Source: an uncultured Gammaproteobacteria bacterium (GTDB taxonomy: Bacteria; Pseudomonadota; Gammaproteobacteria; UBA9214). Taken from it: a stretch of 64,000 bases of DNA. The number at the start of each line of letters is the position of its first letter. Position 1 is the first letter of the stretch. The position numbers and the translations under genes were made by a program. Positions 11,200-24,843 of this stretch are shown here, piece after piece. The stretch is taken from NCBI GenBank assembly GCA_963773065.1, contig CAVYZN010000014.1:128001-192000 (forward strand), in the 5' to 3' direction. Below the pieces are notes generated by a model that was not told the origin of the DNA, ran no database searches, and saw only the letters and a program-made list of their open reading frames with translations.

Positions 11200-12261
11200 A
11201 TGATAACCAGCGCCTCACGTCGCCGCCCCCGTTTGCTCGGGACACTGCTTATGGTGTTCGCGCTGCCGGGTTGCGGCCGGGGACCCGCGCCGGCCAGCGG
11301 CGTGAGCGAGCCGGTACATCTGGTCGAGACGGCGCCGGTAACCAGCGCCAGCTTGAGCGTGGTGCGCACCCGCACCGGCACCCTGCGCGCCCTGCGGGAG
11401 GTGAAGATCCATACCCAGGAAGAAGGGCGCATCACCGCGCTGCCGGTCTATGAAGGCGACCGGGTAGTGGCGGGTGACGTGCTGGTGAAACTGGACGACG
11501 CCCTCATCAAGGCGCAGCTCGCCCGGGCCGCCGCCATGCGCAAGCAGGCCCAGGAGAACCTCAAGCGGCTGCAGGAACTGCGCGGCAAAAAGCTGGTCTC
11601 CGAGGATGAATATACCCGCTCCCTGACCCAGGTCGAGGTCTCCGAGGCCGACGAACAATTACTCACAACCCGCCTGGGCTACACCACCATCAAGAGCCCG
11701 CTGACGGGGGTGGTGAGCGAGCGGCTCTCGGAACTCGGCAACGTGGCCGAGCGCTACCAGCACCTGCTCACCATCTCCGACCCCTCGTCGCTGGTGACGC
11801 AACTGCCGGTCTCCGAACTCATCCTGCCCGACCTGGCCGTCGGCGATGTCGCCAGGGTGCGCATCGACGCCCTGGGCGACCGGGTTTACGAAGGCCGCAT
11901 AACTCGCATCTATCCGACGCTCGACCCGCTGACGCGCCGCGGCACCATCGAGGTGGAAATCGCTCCGGTGCCCGCGGGGGCCGCGCCGGGCCAGCTCTGC
12001 CGGGTGGAACTCAGCACCCATGCCGCGCGCCGCCGGGTGATTCCATTCTCCGCGCTGCGCCGGGATGAGAAGAGCGAGTATGTATTCATCCTGGACGGCG
12101 AGGGCAGGGCGCAGCGCGTGGAGGTGAGCAGCGGTCTGCGTCTGGCGGAGAAGGTTGAAATCACGCAAGGCCTGGAAGATGGTCAGCAGGTCATCACCCG
12201 GGGTTTTCTGGGCCTGATCCCCGGGAAATCGGTCAAACGGGTCGAGCGCGCCGTACCCTGA
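11200..12261 (+). CDS. RND efflux periplasmic adaptor (MFP), lipoprotein
   Basis: LPGC lipobox; EGDRVVAGDVLVKLD; TIKSPLTGVVSER; GLEDGQQVI. Confidence 0.92.
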   Translation: MITSASRRRPRLLGTLLMVFALPGCGRGPAPASGVSEPVHLVETAPVTSASLSVVRTRTGTLRALREVKIHTQEEGRITALPVYEGDRVVAGDVLVKLDDALIKAQLARAAAMRKQAQENLKRLQELRGKKLVSEDEYTRSLTQVEVSEADEQLLTTRLGYTTIKSPLTGVVSERLSELGNVAERYQHLLTISDPSSLVTQLPVSELILPDLAVGDVARVRIDALGDRVYEGRITRIYPTLDPLTRRGTIEVEIAPVPAGAAPGQLCRVELSTHAARRRVIPFSALRRDEKSEYVFILDGEGRAQRVEVSSGLRLAEKVEITQGLEDGQQVITRGFLGLIPGKSVKRVERAVP

Positions 12262-12263
12262 CG

Positions 12264-15200
12264 ATGTCCATACCGTTTTCACGCACCGGTGGGCTGGCGG
12301 CCTGGTCGATACGCCACCCCGTCGGCGTCACCATGATCGCGCTGGCCGTCATCGTGCTGGGCGTCTTTGCGCTTTCCCGCCTGGCCATCGACCTGCTTCC
12401 GCACCTGGTCTACCCCGAGGTGCGCGTGCGCATCATGGACCCCGGCGTTCCGGCCACGGTGCTGGAGGACCAGTTCACCCGGCAACTGGAAGAGCAACTG
12501 GCGATCACCGAGGATGCCACCGGCGTGCAGTCGCGCACCAGCGAGGGCGAGGTCATGGTGGATTTGTCGTTCGACTACGGCAAGGACATCGATCTTGCGC
12601 TGCGCGATGCCAGTACCCGCCTGGACCGGGCCAAGCGCTACCTGCCGCAAACGCCGGATCCGCCCATGATCTCCAAACGCGATCCCGCGCAGATCCCGGC
12701 GCTGGAGTTCGTGGTGAGCTCGCCGCTGCGTGATCCGGTCGAGATGCGCACCTGGGTGGATGACGTGTTCAGCAAATGGTTCATCAACCTGCCCGGTGTG
12801 GCCGCGGCCGAAGTGGGAGGCGGGCTCATACGCGAGATCCAGGTGCTGCCCGACCAGCAGCGCCTCGCCGGCGTGGGTCTCACCATGCAGGATGTCATCG
12901 CCGCCCTGCAGCGGGGCAACCGTGAAGACCCGGCGGGCCGCCTGAAGATGTCGCAGCAGGAACTCTCCGGGCGCATCAGCGGGCGCTTCACCAGCGTGGA
13001 GCAGATCGCCGAGCTGCCGCTGCAACTTCGCCAGGGCGGCATGATTCACCTGCAGGAGGTGGCCGAGGTCATCGACAGTCATCAAGACGAGCGCCTGCGG
13101 GTGCGCGTCAACGGGGTGCCCGGCATCAAGCTCTCGATACAGAAACAGCCGACGGCCAACACCGTCGCCGTCGTCGATGCCGTGCGGGAACGTCTGGACT
13201 GGCTCAGGGCCGAGGGCCTGGTCCCGCAAGACATCGCTATCCGCAACGTGTCCGACCAGTCCGTCTACATCCGCCAGGCCTTATCGAATTCGAGCCATGC
13301 GGTCATCAGCGGCGCTCTGCTCGCCATGGCGGTGGTGTATCTCTTTCTCGGCAACCTGCGCCGTACCCTCATCATCGGCAGCGCCATTCCGATCGCGATC
13401 ATGGTCACCTTCGTGATCATGGCCCTGGGGGGGCTCACGCTCAACATCATGACCCTGGGCGGCCTGGCGCTGGGGGTCGGCATGATCGTGGACAACACCA
13501 TCGTGATGCAGGAGAACATCTATCGCCACCAATGCCTGGGCGAGGGGGGTCTGGACGCCGGCACCCACGCCGCGCAGGAGGTGAACAGCGCCATCGTCGC
13601 CTGCACCACCACCCATCTGGCGGCGGTGCTGCCATTTCTGTTCATCGGCGGACTGACGGGGTTGTTGTTCCGGGAACTGATCTACACCATTTCCGCGGCC
13701 ATACTGGCGTCCCTGGTCATCGCCCTGACGCTGGTGCCGGCGCTGGCCGCCAGGGTGCTCACCGTGGACAGCGGCCGGCTGCGCCGCCGGGTGGATGCCG
13801 GCATGCGCTGGTTGCAGGACCGTTATGTCAGCCTGCTTACCCGCGTTCTGGGTTACCCGTACCTCGTGATTCTGGTCTTCGTGTTGATGCTGGGGATCAC
13901 CATCCAGGCCTTCTTCGGCAGGCAGGAGGTCTTTCTGCCGTCCATGGACGATGGCCGGATCACCGTCAACGTGTACGCGGATCCGGGTGTGACCCTGGAT
14001 GATATGGATCGCAGCGTCCAGATCCTCGAAGCCCTGTTTGAACGGCAGCCGGAAGTGGAGCATGTATTTACCATCGTAGGCGGGTCCATCTTCGGCCGCA
14101 CGCAGCGCGAGGAACCGAGCACCAGCACGCTGAATGTGCAACTGGTGCCCTTGTCACGGCGGAACATCAGCAGCGAGGAATGGATCAAGCGCATGAACCA
14201 GGCAATTGCCGATAAGCAACTGGCCGGGCTGTATGTCAGGCTGTGGACCGAAGGCATACGCGGTATACGCAGCAGCGGCGGCGATGATGATATCAGCCTG
14301 CGCATACAGGGTCCGGATCTGAAAATCCTCAAATCGACCGCCGATGAGGTCGTGCGGCGCCTGAAACAGCTCGGCGGGCTGCGTAACGTGCAGCACTCCG
14401 CGCAGGAAGTGAATCATGAAATCATCATCGATATCGATCGGGAACGCGCCAGCGCCCTCGGCCTGGACGTCGAGGATGTCGGCGTCGCCTTGCGCATCGC
14501 CCTGGAGGGCCAGTTGGTGACGGACTATATCGAGGGCGACCGCAGCTACGACGTGCGCCTGCGTCTGCCGCCGGTGGAGGCGGCCAATCCCCAGGAGCTG
14601 GAGTCGGTGCTGCTGTTCCCCGAGCAGGCGGACCGCAAGGCCATCTACCTGGGCGATGTCGCCCGGGTCAATCTCATCGAAACCGCCGACGAAATCCGGC
14701 GCGATAACCAGCAGCGGATTGTTGAAGTGAGCGCCAGGGTCGATGCGGGCGCAACCCTCGGCGACCGCCTCGCCGCCATTGACGAAAAGCTGCAGGACCT
14801 CTCCCTGCCCTCGGGGTATACGCTCTATGATGGCGGCGCCCGCAAGGCGCTGCAGGAAAGCCAGTCCATGACGCGAACGCTGCTGTTCCTGGCCCTGTTC
14901 CTGGTGTTCGTGGTGATGGCCATACAGTATGAGTCGCTGCGCAATCCCTTCATCATCCTGCTGAGCGTGCCGTTCGCCGTCATCGGCGTGGCGATCGGCC
15001 TCTATGCCACCGGGCTGCCGATGTCGATGCCGGTCAAGCTCGGCGTGATCATGCTGGCCGGCATCGTGGTGAGCAACGCCATCGTGCTGGTCGAATTCGT
15101 CGAGATCGTGCGGGAGCGGGGCCGCTCCATCCGCGAGGCCATACTCGAGGCGGCGCGCCAGCGGCTGCGCGCCATCCTCATGACCACGCTCACCACCGTC

Positions 15201-15383
15201 GTCGGCACGCTGCCGCTCGCCATCGGCATCGGGGAAGGTTCCGAGATGCTCAGACCCCTGGCCGTCACCGTCGTCGCCGGGCTTACCTTCTCGATGCTGG
15301 TGAGCCTGCTGCTGGTGCCGGTGTTCTACGAGTTGACGCATCTGAGGCAATGGCGGATAAAGGCGGCGGCGCGCCGGGCATGA
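12264..15383 (+). CDS. RND efflux permease (AcrB/AcrD/AcrF family)
   Basis: 1039 aa; LNIMTLGGLALGVGMIVDN; RLRAILMTTLTTVVG. Confidence 0.95.
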   Translation: MSIPFSRTGGLAAWSIRHPVGVTMIALAVIVLGVFALSRLAIDLLPHLVYPEVRVRIMDPGVPATVLEDQFTRQLEEQLAITEDATGVQSRTSEGEVMVDLSFDYGKDIDLALRDASTRLDRAKRYLPQTPDPPMISKRDPAQIPALEFVVSSPLRDPVEMRTWVDDVFSKWFINLPGVAAAEVGGGLIREIQVLPDQQRLAGVGLTMQDVIAALQRGNREDPAGRLKMSQQELSGRISGRFTSVEQIAELPLQLRQGGMIHLQEVAEVIDSHQDERLRVRVNGVPGIKLSIQKQPTANTVAVVDAVRERLDWLRAEGLVPQDIAIRNVSDQSVYIRQALSNSSHAVISGALLAMAVVYLFLGNLRRTLIIGSAIPIAIMVTFVIMALGGLTLNIMTLGGLALGVGMIVDNTIVMQENIYRHQCLGEGGLDAGTHAAQEVNSAIVACTTTHLAAVLPFLFIGGLTGLLFRELIYTISAAILASLVIALTLVPALAARVLTVDSGRLRRRVDAGMRWLQDRYVSLLTRVLGYPYLVILVFVLMLGITIQAFFGRQEVFLPSMDDGRITVNVYADPGVTLDDMDRSVQILEALFERQPEVEHVFTIVGGSIFGRTQREEPSTSTLNVQLVPLSRRNISSEEWIKRMNQAIADKQLAGLYVRLWTEGIRGIRSSGGDDDISLRIQGPDLKILKSTADEVVRRLKQLGGLRNVQHSAQEVNHEIIIDIDRERASALGLDVEDVGVALRIALEGQLVTDYIEGDRSYDVRLRLPPVEAANPQELESVLLFPEQADRKAIYLGDVARVNLIETADEIRRDNQQRIVEVSARVDAGATLGDRLAAIDEKLQDLSLPSGYTLYDGGARKALQESQSMTRTLLFLALFLVFVVMAIQYESLRNPFIILLSVPFAVIGVAIGLYATGLPMSMPVKLGVIMLAGIVVSNAIVLVEFVEIVRERGRSIREAILEAARQRLRAILMTTLTTVVGTLPLAIGIGEGSEMLRPLAVTVVAGLTFSMLVSLLLVPVFYELTHLRQWRIKAAARRA

Positions 15384-15473
15384 GGCGCCGCGCCGGCAAC
15401 CGCTCGTGGCGATGGGTTAGAATTGGCCGAGTGACCCCAAAGGATTAATGGCAATTGCCCAGATGATTAAATG

Positions 15474-15552
15474 GCCACGGAATCACACGGAAACACACTG
15501 AATTGCCGACAAATTCAAAATCTTTCCGTGTTCTTCCGTGTGTTTCCGCTGA
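15474..15552. repeat. Palindromic intergenic repeat built from CACGGAA / TTCCGTG units
   Basis: ccacggaatcacacggaaacacac ... ttccgtgttcttccgtgtgtttccg; it artificially extends the pta ORF upstream. Confidence 0.6.
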
Positions 15553-15590
15553 CCATCACCTCTGGTCGTACCTGGATTCCGATAGTGTCT

Positions 15591-17690
15591 ATGGCGCACA
15601 ATCTCTACATCACCGGTGCCGAATCCGGCAGCGGCAAATCGGTCATCGTGCTGGCGGTGATGGAACTGCTGTCGGGTTATGCCGAGAAGGTCGGCATCTT
15701 CCGCCCCGTGGTGCGCAGCGCACCGGAGCACGACCACCTGCTGCGCCTGATCACCACGCGCTACCACCTGGATTACCCGCCCGAGTCGCTCTACGGCGTC
15801 AACCTGGAAACGGCCCGCGAACTGGTCAAGGCGAACCGCTACGATGAGCTGCTGCGCATCATCCTGGACAAGTTCGCCATGCTCAATGCCGGCTGCGAGC
15901 ATGTGCTGTGCATCGGCACGGATTTTACCGGCGTCGGCGGCATGACGGAGTTCGATTTCAACGCGGATGCCGCCAACAACCTCGGCTGCCTGCTGCTGCC
16001 CGTGGTGAGAGGCAAGGACCGGGGACCGCAGGAGGTCGCCGATGCCGCCACCGCGTTCCTTAAGTCGCTGCGGGACCGGGATTGCGATATCGCGGCCACC
16101 ATCGTCAACCGCGTCACGAGCGGCGATGTCGCCGCGGTGACCGCCGAACTGCGCCGCCGGCTGCAGGGGGAGGCGCCGGTTTACGTGGTGCCGGAAGAGC
16201 CCCTGCTCGGCAAACCCACCATGCGTGATATCGCCCGCGCCCTGAACGCGCGGCTCTACCATGTCGCCGAAGACGGCCTGAATCGCGAGGTGCGCAACTT
16301 CAAGGTGGCGGCGATGCAGTTGCCGGACTTTCTTTCCCATATCGAGGAGGGCAGCCTGATCGTCACGCCCGGCGACCGCGCCGACATCATCCTGGGCAGC
16401 ATCATCTCCTATACCTCGAAGGCCTACCCGGCGATTGCCGGCATCCTGCTGACCGGCGGGCAGGAACCGGCCGCGCCGGTGATGAAACTGATCGCGGGCC
16501 TGGGCAATCCACCCGTGCCCATCATCGGCGTGGAGACGGATACCTTCACCACCGCCATGAACATCACCACGGTCACGGCGGTGCTCACGCCGGAAGACAC
16601 GCGCAAGATCGCCGCGGGCCTGGGTGTGGTGGAGCAGTCGGTTGATCTTGCGGCCCTGCGCCTGTGCCTGCAGACCTCGCGTTCGACGCGCGTCACCCCC
16701 TTCATGTTCGAACACGAACTGATCCGGCGGGCGAAGGCGAGACGCATGCGCATCGTGCTGCCGGAAGGGCTGGATGAACGCATCCTGCGCGCCGCCGAGA
16801 TGCTGCGCTTGCGCGACGTGGTCGATCTGACCCTGCTCGGCGACCCGCAAGCCGTACGAGCCCGGATCAATGACCTGGGGCTGCAGCTCGACGCCATCGA
16901 GATCATCGACCCGCTCACCTCCACCCGGCGCGAGCCGTTCGCCGATACCTATTACGAGTTGCGCAAGCACAAGGGCATCTCCCGCGAAATGGCGTTCGAT
17001 GCGATGGCCGACGTGAGCTACTTTGGCACCATGATGGTCCACCATGGCCAGGTCGACGGCATGGTATCGGGCGCGCTGCACACCACGCAACACACCGTCC
17101 GGCCGGCCTTCGAGATCATCCGCACGCGGCCCGGGACCTCGATCGTCTCCAGCGTCTTCCTGATGTGCCTCGAGGACCGCGTGCTGGTCTACGGCGATTG
17201 CGCCATCAACCCGGACCCGAGCGCCGAGCAGCTCGCCGACATCGCCATCAGCTCGGCCGCGACGGCGCGCATGTTCGGCATCGAACCGCGCGTCGCCATG
17301 CTGTCCTATTCCACCGGTGAATCCGGCAAGGGCGCGGCCGTCGACAAGGTGGCGAAGGCCACGGCGCTGGCCCGGCGGCTGCAGCCCGGCCTGCTGGTGG
17401 AGGGGCCGATCCAGTACGACGCCGCGGTGGACGCGAGCGTCGCCCGCACCAAGATGCCCGGCAGCCAGGTCAAGGGCCAGGCGACGGTGTTCATCTTTCC
17501 CGACCTCAATACCGGCAACAACACCTACAAGGCGGTGCAGCGTTCGGCGAACGCGGTGGCCATCGGACCGATACTGCAGGGCCTCAATAAACCGGTCAAC
17601 GACCTGAGCCGCGGCTGCACCGTCGCCGATATCGTCAACACCGTGGCGATCACCGCCATCCAGGCGCAGGCCGACCGGCCCGGGGCATGA
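15591..17690 (+). CDS. pta: Phosphate acetyltransferase (long type with DRTGG domain)
   Basis: TPGDRADI, RIVLPEG, GDCAINPDP, FPDLNTGNNTYKAVQR and NDLSRGC. Confidence 0.97.
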   Translation: MAHNLYITGAESGSGKSVIVLAVMELLSGYAEKVGIFRPVVRSAPEHDHLLRLITTRYHLDYPPESLYGVNLETARELVKANRYDELLRIILDKFAMLNAGCEHVLCIGTDFTGVGGMTEFDFNADAANNLGCLLLPVVRGKDRGPQEVADAATAFLKSLRDRDCDIAATIVNRVTSGDVAAVTAELRRRLQGEAPVYVVPEEPLLGKPTMRDIARALNARLYHVAEDGLNREVRNFKVAAMQLPDFLSHIEEGSLIVTPGDRADIILGSIISYTSKAYPAIAGILLTGGQEPAAPVMKLIAGLGNPPVPIIGVETDTFTTAMNITTVTAVLTPEDTRKIAAGLGVVEQSVDLAALRLCLQTSRSTRVTPFMFEHELIRRAKARRMRIVLPEGLDERILRAAEMLRLRDVVDLTLLGDPQAVRARINDLGLQLDAIEIIDPLTSTRREPFADTYYELRKHKGISREMAFDAMADVSYFGTMMVHHGQVDGMVSGALHTTQHTVRPAFEIIRTRPGTSIVSSVFLMCLEDRVLVYGDCAINPDPSAEQLADIAISSAATARMFGIEPRVAMLSYSTGESGKGAAVDKVAKATALARRLQPGLLVEGPIQYDAAVDASVARTKMPGSQVKGQATVFIFPDLNTGNNTYKAVQRSANAVAIGPILQGLNKPVNDLSRGCTVADIVNTVAITAIQAQADRPGA

Positions 17691-18892
17691 ACATCCTCGT
17701 CATCAATTCGGGGAGTTCCTCCGTCAAGTACCAGGTCCTCGACATGGCGGACGGGACCGTGCTCACCGGCGGGCGGCTGGAGCGCATCGGCGAGCCGGAA
17801 AGCCGGCTGACCCACCATTGGCGGGACGCCGCGGGCGCGCGGCATGAGATAATCCGCAGCGATCCGGTGCCCGACCATGCGCACGCCTTCGAGCGGATCG
17901 CGGCGGCGATGCGGGAGTCGGGTTCGGCCGGGCAGATTGCCCTCGACGGCATCGGGCATCGCGTCGTGCACGGCGGCGAGCGCTTTCAGGCGCCGACCCG
18001 GATCGACCGGGAGGTGGTCGAGGCGCTGCGCGCCATGAGCGCGCTCGCCCCGCTGCACAACCCGCCCAACCTCGCCGGCATCGAGGTCTGCCTGGCGCTG
18101 TTTCCCGAGGTGCCGCAGGTGGCCGTGTTCGACACCGCGTTTCACCAGACCCTGCCCGCGCACGCCTTTCGCTACGCCGTGCCGGAGAGCTGGTATCGCG
18201 GCCATCACGTGCGCCGCTACGGCTTCCACGGAACCTCACACGCCTATGTCGCCCGGCAGGCAGCCGCCCACCTGCAACGGCCCCTCGCGTCCCTCAATCT
18301 GATCACCCTGCATCTCGGCAATGGCGCCAGCGCCGCGGCCATCCAGTCGGGCCGCTGCGTCGACACCTCCATGGGCTTCACGCCGCTCGAAGGCCTGATG
18401 ATGGGCACCCGCAGCGGCGATATCGACCCGGCCATTCTGTTCTATCTCAACCGCGAGACCGGCATCGACCTCGAAGACCTGGACTACCAGCTCAACCAGG
18501 AAAGCGGGCTCAAGGGCATCTGCGGCGTCAACGACATGCGCGAGGCGCAGCGGCTCGCCGCGGCCGGCGACGAACGCGCCCGGCTCGCCATCGACATGTA
18601 CTGCTACCGCATACGCAAATACATCGGCGCCTACTACGCGGTGCTCGGCCGCCTCGATGCCCTGGTGTTCACCGCCGGCATCGGCGAGAACTCGCCGCCG
18701 ATCCGAAAGCAGTCCTGCGCGGGCCTGGAGCGGTTCGACATCCGTATCGACGACGCCCGCAACGCGCAACCCTGCGCGGGCGTGCTCGAAATCCAGGCCG
18801 AGGCCGCCCCGGTCAGGGTGCTCGTCGTCCCGACGAATGAAGAAATCGAGATCGCCCACCAGACGCTGGCCTGCCTGATGGTGCGCGCGTAA
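17687..18892 (+). CDS. ackA: Acetate kinase
   Basis: ILVINSGSSSVKY, GHRVVHGG, LAPLHNP, YGFHGTSH, MGTRSGDIDP and PTNEE. Confidence 0.97.
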   Translation: MNILVINSGSSSVKYQVLDMADGTVLTGGRLERIGEPESRLTHHWRDAAGARHEIIRSDPVPDHAHAFERIAAAMRESGSAGQIALDGIGHRVVHGGERFQAPTRIDREVVEALRAMSALAPLHNPPNLAGIEVCLALFPEVPQVAVFDTAFHQTLPAHAFRYAVPESWYRGHHVRRYGFHGTSHAYVARQAAAHLQRPLASLNLITLHLGNGASAAAIQSGRCVDTSMGFTPLEGLMMGTRSGDIDPAILFYLNRETGIDLEDLDYQLNQESGLKGICGVNDMREAQRLAAAGDERARLAIDMYCYRIRKYIGAYYAVLGRLDALVFTAGIGENSPPIRKQSCAGLERFDIRIDDARNAQPCAGVLEIQAEAAPVRVLVVPTNEEIEIAHQTLACLMVRA

Positions 18893-18995
18893 ACCGGGGC
18901 ACGGCTTCTGAATACAACCACCGCCCGTTGCTACATCCTGGCGCTGGCGATCAGTTACAATGCCGGGTCATTCATGAATCCCCCAGGGGTAAGGC

Positions 18996-20692
<1,697 letters not shown>

Positions 20693-20693
<1 letters not shown>

Positions 20694-20907
20694 TGACGCC
20701 GGAAGAGATGCAGCGCCTTGTCGCCAGCGGTGAAACTTTAACCGTCGAGTTCAAGGGCGAGGAACGATCACCGCTCAACGACCGGGAATTGGTCGAAGCG
20801 GTGGTTTGTCTCGCCAACCGCACCGGCACCGAGCCCGCATGGCTGATCGTCGGCGTCGAAGACGACGGGCGCGTCACCGGCGCGCGCCCTCGGCACGGCA
20901 ACGCAAC
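20693..20907 (+). pseudogene. N-terminus of a Schlafen/AlbA_2-domain protein, truncated by IS3
   Basis: GETLTVEFK...VVCLAN...LIVGVEDDG; TGATG-coupled to the hsdM stop; the remainder is absent after the IS. Confidence 0.8.
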
Positions 20908-20954
20908 TGAACCGCCCCGGGTTTACCGGAGACTCCATTTCTTGAGAGGATGGG

Positions 20955-22177
<1,223 letters not shown>

Positions 22178-22270
22178 CTCAAACAACCGAGTCTCCGGAA
22201 TTCCCGGGGCGGTTCAGTATTCTTCACGCCCGGCCGCTACGTGGTCGCTAAGGCCGTCGTTGATAGCTAA

Positions 22271-22354
22271 GGTGATACTGTTGGGGTCATCACCGTGTAC
22301 CATCATGATCCAACACAATGGGAAGATGGATTTATACAATGGAGAAAACCATGA
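22271..22354 (+). pseudogene. C-terminal remnant of a DUF4258-like toxin
   Basis: VITVYHHDPTQWEDGFIQWRKP* with ATGA overlap onto the zinc-finger gene. Confidence 0.6.
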
Positions 22355-22572
22355 AATGTCATATCTGTGGCGGTCACGTCGTACCGAAAACCTCCGATAT
22401 GCCGTTCAAGCTCGATGACAATCGCATCGTCATTTTCAAAGACGTGCCGGTGCTTCAGTGCGACCAGTGCGGAGAATACCTGCTTGATGATCCAGTGATG
22501 GCGCGGGTGGAGGAATTGCTTCGCAACGTAGACACATCGGCGGAGTTGGAAATCGTGCGGTATGCGGCTTAA
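22351..22572 (+). CDS. YgiT-type zinc finger (MqsA-like antitoxin N-domain)
   Basis: MKCHICGG...IVIFKDVPVLQCDQCGE. Confidence 0.88.
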   Translation: MKCHICGGHVVPKTSDMPFKLDDNRIVIFKDVPVLQCDQCGEYLLDDPVMARVEELLRNVDTSAELEIVRYAA

Positions 22573-22573
22573 T

Positions 22574-22708
22574 AACGAGCCGCTCGTGGAAAAGATGAAG
22601 CGGCTCGCCGGTCAACTGAACGAACAACTCGCCGAAGGCGCAAGACTCGATCAGGCCATCCGTGCGAATCTCGCTACGTTAGGGTTTCCATTGGAGAACG
22701 AACCATGA
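22574..22708 (+). repeat. Second copy of the hsdM 3' tail (37 aa mini-ORF 22595-22708); its upstream part lies at ~22224-22268
   Basis: NEPLVEKMKRLAGQLNEQLAEGARLDQAIRANLATLGFPLENEP*; tcacgcccggccgctacgt at ~22225 matches hsdM near 20521. Confidence 0.85.
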
Positions 22709-23133
22709 TGCTTAACACGGACCACCTCAAGCGTTGCATCAGCACGCTTGAATCCTCCCTGGCCATGTACCGGGAAGCCGCGCCGGAAAGCATTGACCAG
22801 GAGGTATTTCGCAATGCCATCGTCAAGGGCTATGAACTCGCCCAGGAAACCAGCTTCAAGCTGCTCAAGCGAGCGCTCAAGGACTTCGGCCACGGCGGCA
22901 AGAAACTGGACGCGACCCCGGTCAAGGAAATTCTGCGTCTTGCGGCCACGCACGGGCTGATGACCTTGGAAGAAGTCGAGCGCTGGTTCGCCTACCGGGA
23001 TAACCGCAATAACACCACCCACGATTACGGCGAGGGTTTCGCCAAAGAAACCCTGGTCCTGCTGCCCGGCTTCATCGCGGATGCGAAGTTGCTGGAAACC
23101 TCCTTGCGCGACCGATTCGGCAACGGGGCATAA
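22705..23133 (+). CDS. HEPN toxin / nucleotidyltransferase substrate-binding protein (HI0074-like)
   Basis: IVKGYELAQE..FKLLKR; RNNTTH (R-X4-H) followed by DY. Confidence 0.88.
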   Translation: MMLNTDHLKRCISTLESSLAMYREAAPESIDQEVFRNAIVKGYELAQETSFKLLKRALKDFGHGGKKLDATPVKEILRLAATHGLMTLEEVERWFAYRDNRNNTTHDYGEGFAKETLVLLPGFIADAKLLETSLRDRFGNGA

Positions 23134-23140
23134 CCACGCC

Positions 23141-23470
23141 ATGTCCGAGCCCAAGACAGTCTCCCTGGATTTGCCGGAAAAATACCTTGAACAAATCAGG
23201 GACCTGTTGCGCATCCATGTTCCCCACGCCGAGGTCTGGGCCTATGGCAGCCGGGTCAGCGGTGGCGGCCACGAAGCCAGCGACCTGGACCTGGTGCTGC
23301 GCAGTCCGGCGAATCTCCGCCAGGAAGCCCCGGGGCTTTTCGGCTTGAAAGAGGCTTTCATCGAAAGCGAGCTGCCGATCCGGGTCGACATCATGGACTG
23401 GGCACGCATCCCCGAAAGTTTTCACGGCGAGATCGAGCGGGCGCATGTTGTCATCCAGGAAGGAAGCTGA
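23141..23470 (+). CDS. Minimal nucleotidyltransferase (MNT) antitoxin
   Basis: [19 protein letters not shown] (GSX10DXD); [10 protein letters not shown]. Confidence 0.9.
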   Translation: MSEPKTVSLDLPEKYLEQIRDLLRIHVPHAEVWAYGSRVSGGGHEASDLDLVLRSPANLRQEAPGLFGLKEAFIESELPIRVDIMDWARIPESFHGEIERAHVVIQEGS

Positions 23471-23571
23471 TGAAGCGGCTCACCGCGACGCTGCGCCAGC
23501 AACAGGCCGAAGCCGCGAAGCTGGACGCTGCCATCGCCGCCAATCTGAAGGAGCTTGGGTATGGCGGGTGA
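23470..23571 (+). repeat. Third copy of the hsdM 3' tail (33 aa mini-ORF)
   Basis: [33 protein letters not shown]; start overlaps the MNT stop (TGATG) and the end overlaps the hsdS start (ATGGCGGGTGA). Confidence 0.9.
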
Positions 23572-23719
23572 AAGCAATGGATGGCAAAAACTCCAGCTAA
23601 GCAAATCAGGCATTGAATTTGTAGATGAGAGACCTTCTTCGAGATATCCAAAGCAGTCAGTGTTTCAAACTACTGGGATCCCATTCCTGAACACGACAAG
23701 CACGTCGGAATTTAGACTT

Positions 23720-24843
23720 GGCGCGCTCAAATACCAAGTGCAACATTTTTAGGAGAGAATGTTGCATGGGAAGAAACTACAAGCAGTTGAGCATTGAAGA
23801 ACGGACGATGATCCAGACACAACTGGAGATGGGAATCAAACCGGCGGCGATTGCCTTGGGTTTGCATCGCTCGGCATCGACGCTTTCTCGCGAACTCCAT
23901 CGCAATGGCCGGACTCGCCCAAGAGCGCGTCGCGGCCCTGGAAGAGCGCCGATGGCAGGGGGCTACCGTGCTGATGCCGCCCACCGGCGCGCCCGGATCT
24001 GCACGGTTACACCCCGCGTTGATCACCGTCTGCGGCCGGGAACGGCCCTGTGGAAACCTGTCCTGCGCTACCTGAAAGCGGGCTACTCGCCGGAGCAGAT
24101 TGCTGGCACACTGGCGGTTGTGCATCCCGAAACGCCCTCGTTGCAGGTTTCTCACGAAACCATCTACACCGCGATCTACGCCATGCCCCGTGGCGAGTTG
24201 CGCACGCAAGTGATTGGCTGGCTGCGCTTCGGTCATGCCAAGCGCCGCCCGCGCGCGCGGGGCCAGGACCGGCGGGGACGGATCCCTGACAGGGTCAGTA
24301 TTCATGAACGCCCGCCTGAGGTCGAAGAGCGACTGGTGCCAGGGCACTGGGAGGGCGATCTCATCAAGGGCGCGCACAACCGCTCGGCTGTTGGCACGCT
24401 GGTGGAGCGCACGACCTTGTTCACGGTGCTGTCCCGGATGGACAATGCCAGTGCCGAATCGGCGCTAAGTGGCTTTAGCCACGTGCTCAATCGTATCGAA
24501 GCGCAAAAGCGCCTGTCGTTGACTTACGATCAGGGCCGGGAGATGGCGCAACATCAGCGGCTGACAGAAGCGACCGGTGTGAAAGTCTACTTCGCCGATC
24601 CCCACAGCCCCTGGCAGCGGGGCATCAACGAGAACACCAATGGCCTGCTGCGTCAGTACCTGCCCAAGGGCAGCGATCTGAGCGTGTTCACCCAGAAAGA
24701 ATTGGATGCGATTGCCTGGAAACTCAATACCCGACCGCGCAAATCCCTGGGCTTCAAGTGTCCCGCCGAATTGTTCACTCCGGACGCTTTCGACTTCAGG
24801 CAGCATCATGCTGCACTTTTTGCACTTGGTCATTGAAACCGCC
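23720..24843 (+). mobile_element. IS30 family insertion sequence
   Basis: Imperfect IRs ggcgcgctcaaataccaagtgcaa / ttgcacttggtcattgaaaccgcc; CTT target duplication at 23717-23719 and 24844-24846. Confidence 0.93.
23766..24836 (+). CDS. IS30 transposase
   Basis: YKQLSIEER, SHETIY, GHWEGDLI, TYDQGRE and PWQRGINENTNGLLRQYLPK. Confidence 0.95.
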   Translation: MGRNYKQLSIEERTMIQTQLEMGIKPAAIALGLHRSASTLSRELHRNGRTRPRARRGPGRAPMAGGYRADAAHRRARICTVTPRVDHRLRPGTALWKPVLRYLKAGYSPEQIAGTLAVVHPETPSLQVSHETIYTAIYAMPRGELRTQVIGWLRFGHAKRRPRARGQDRRGRIPDRVSIHERPPEVEERLVPGHWEGDLIKGAHNRSAVGTLVERTTLFTVLSRMDNASAESALSGFSHVLNRIEAQKRLSLTYDQGREMAQHQRLTEATGVKVYFADPHSPWQRGINENTNGLLRQYLPKGSDLSVFTQKELDAIAWKLNTRPRKSLGFKCPAELFTPDAFDFRQHHAALFALGH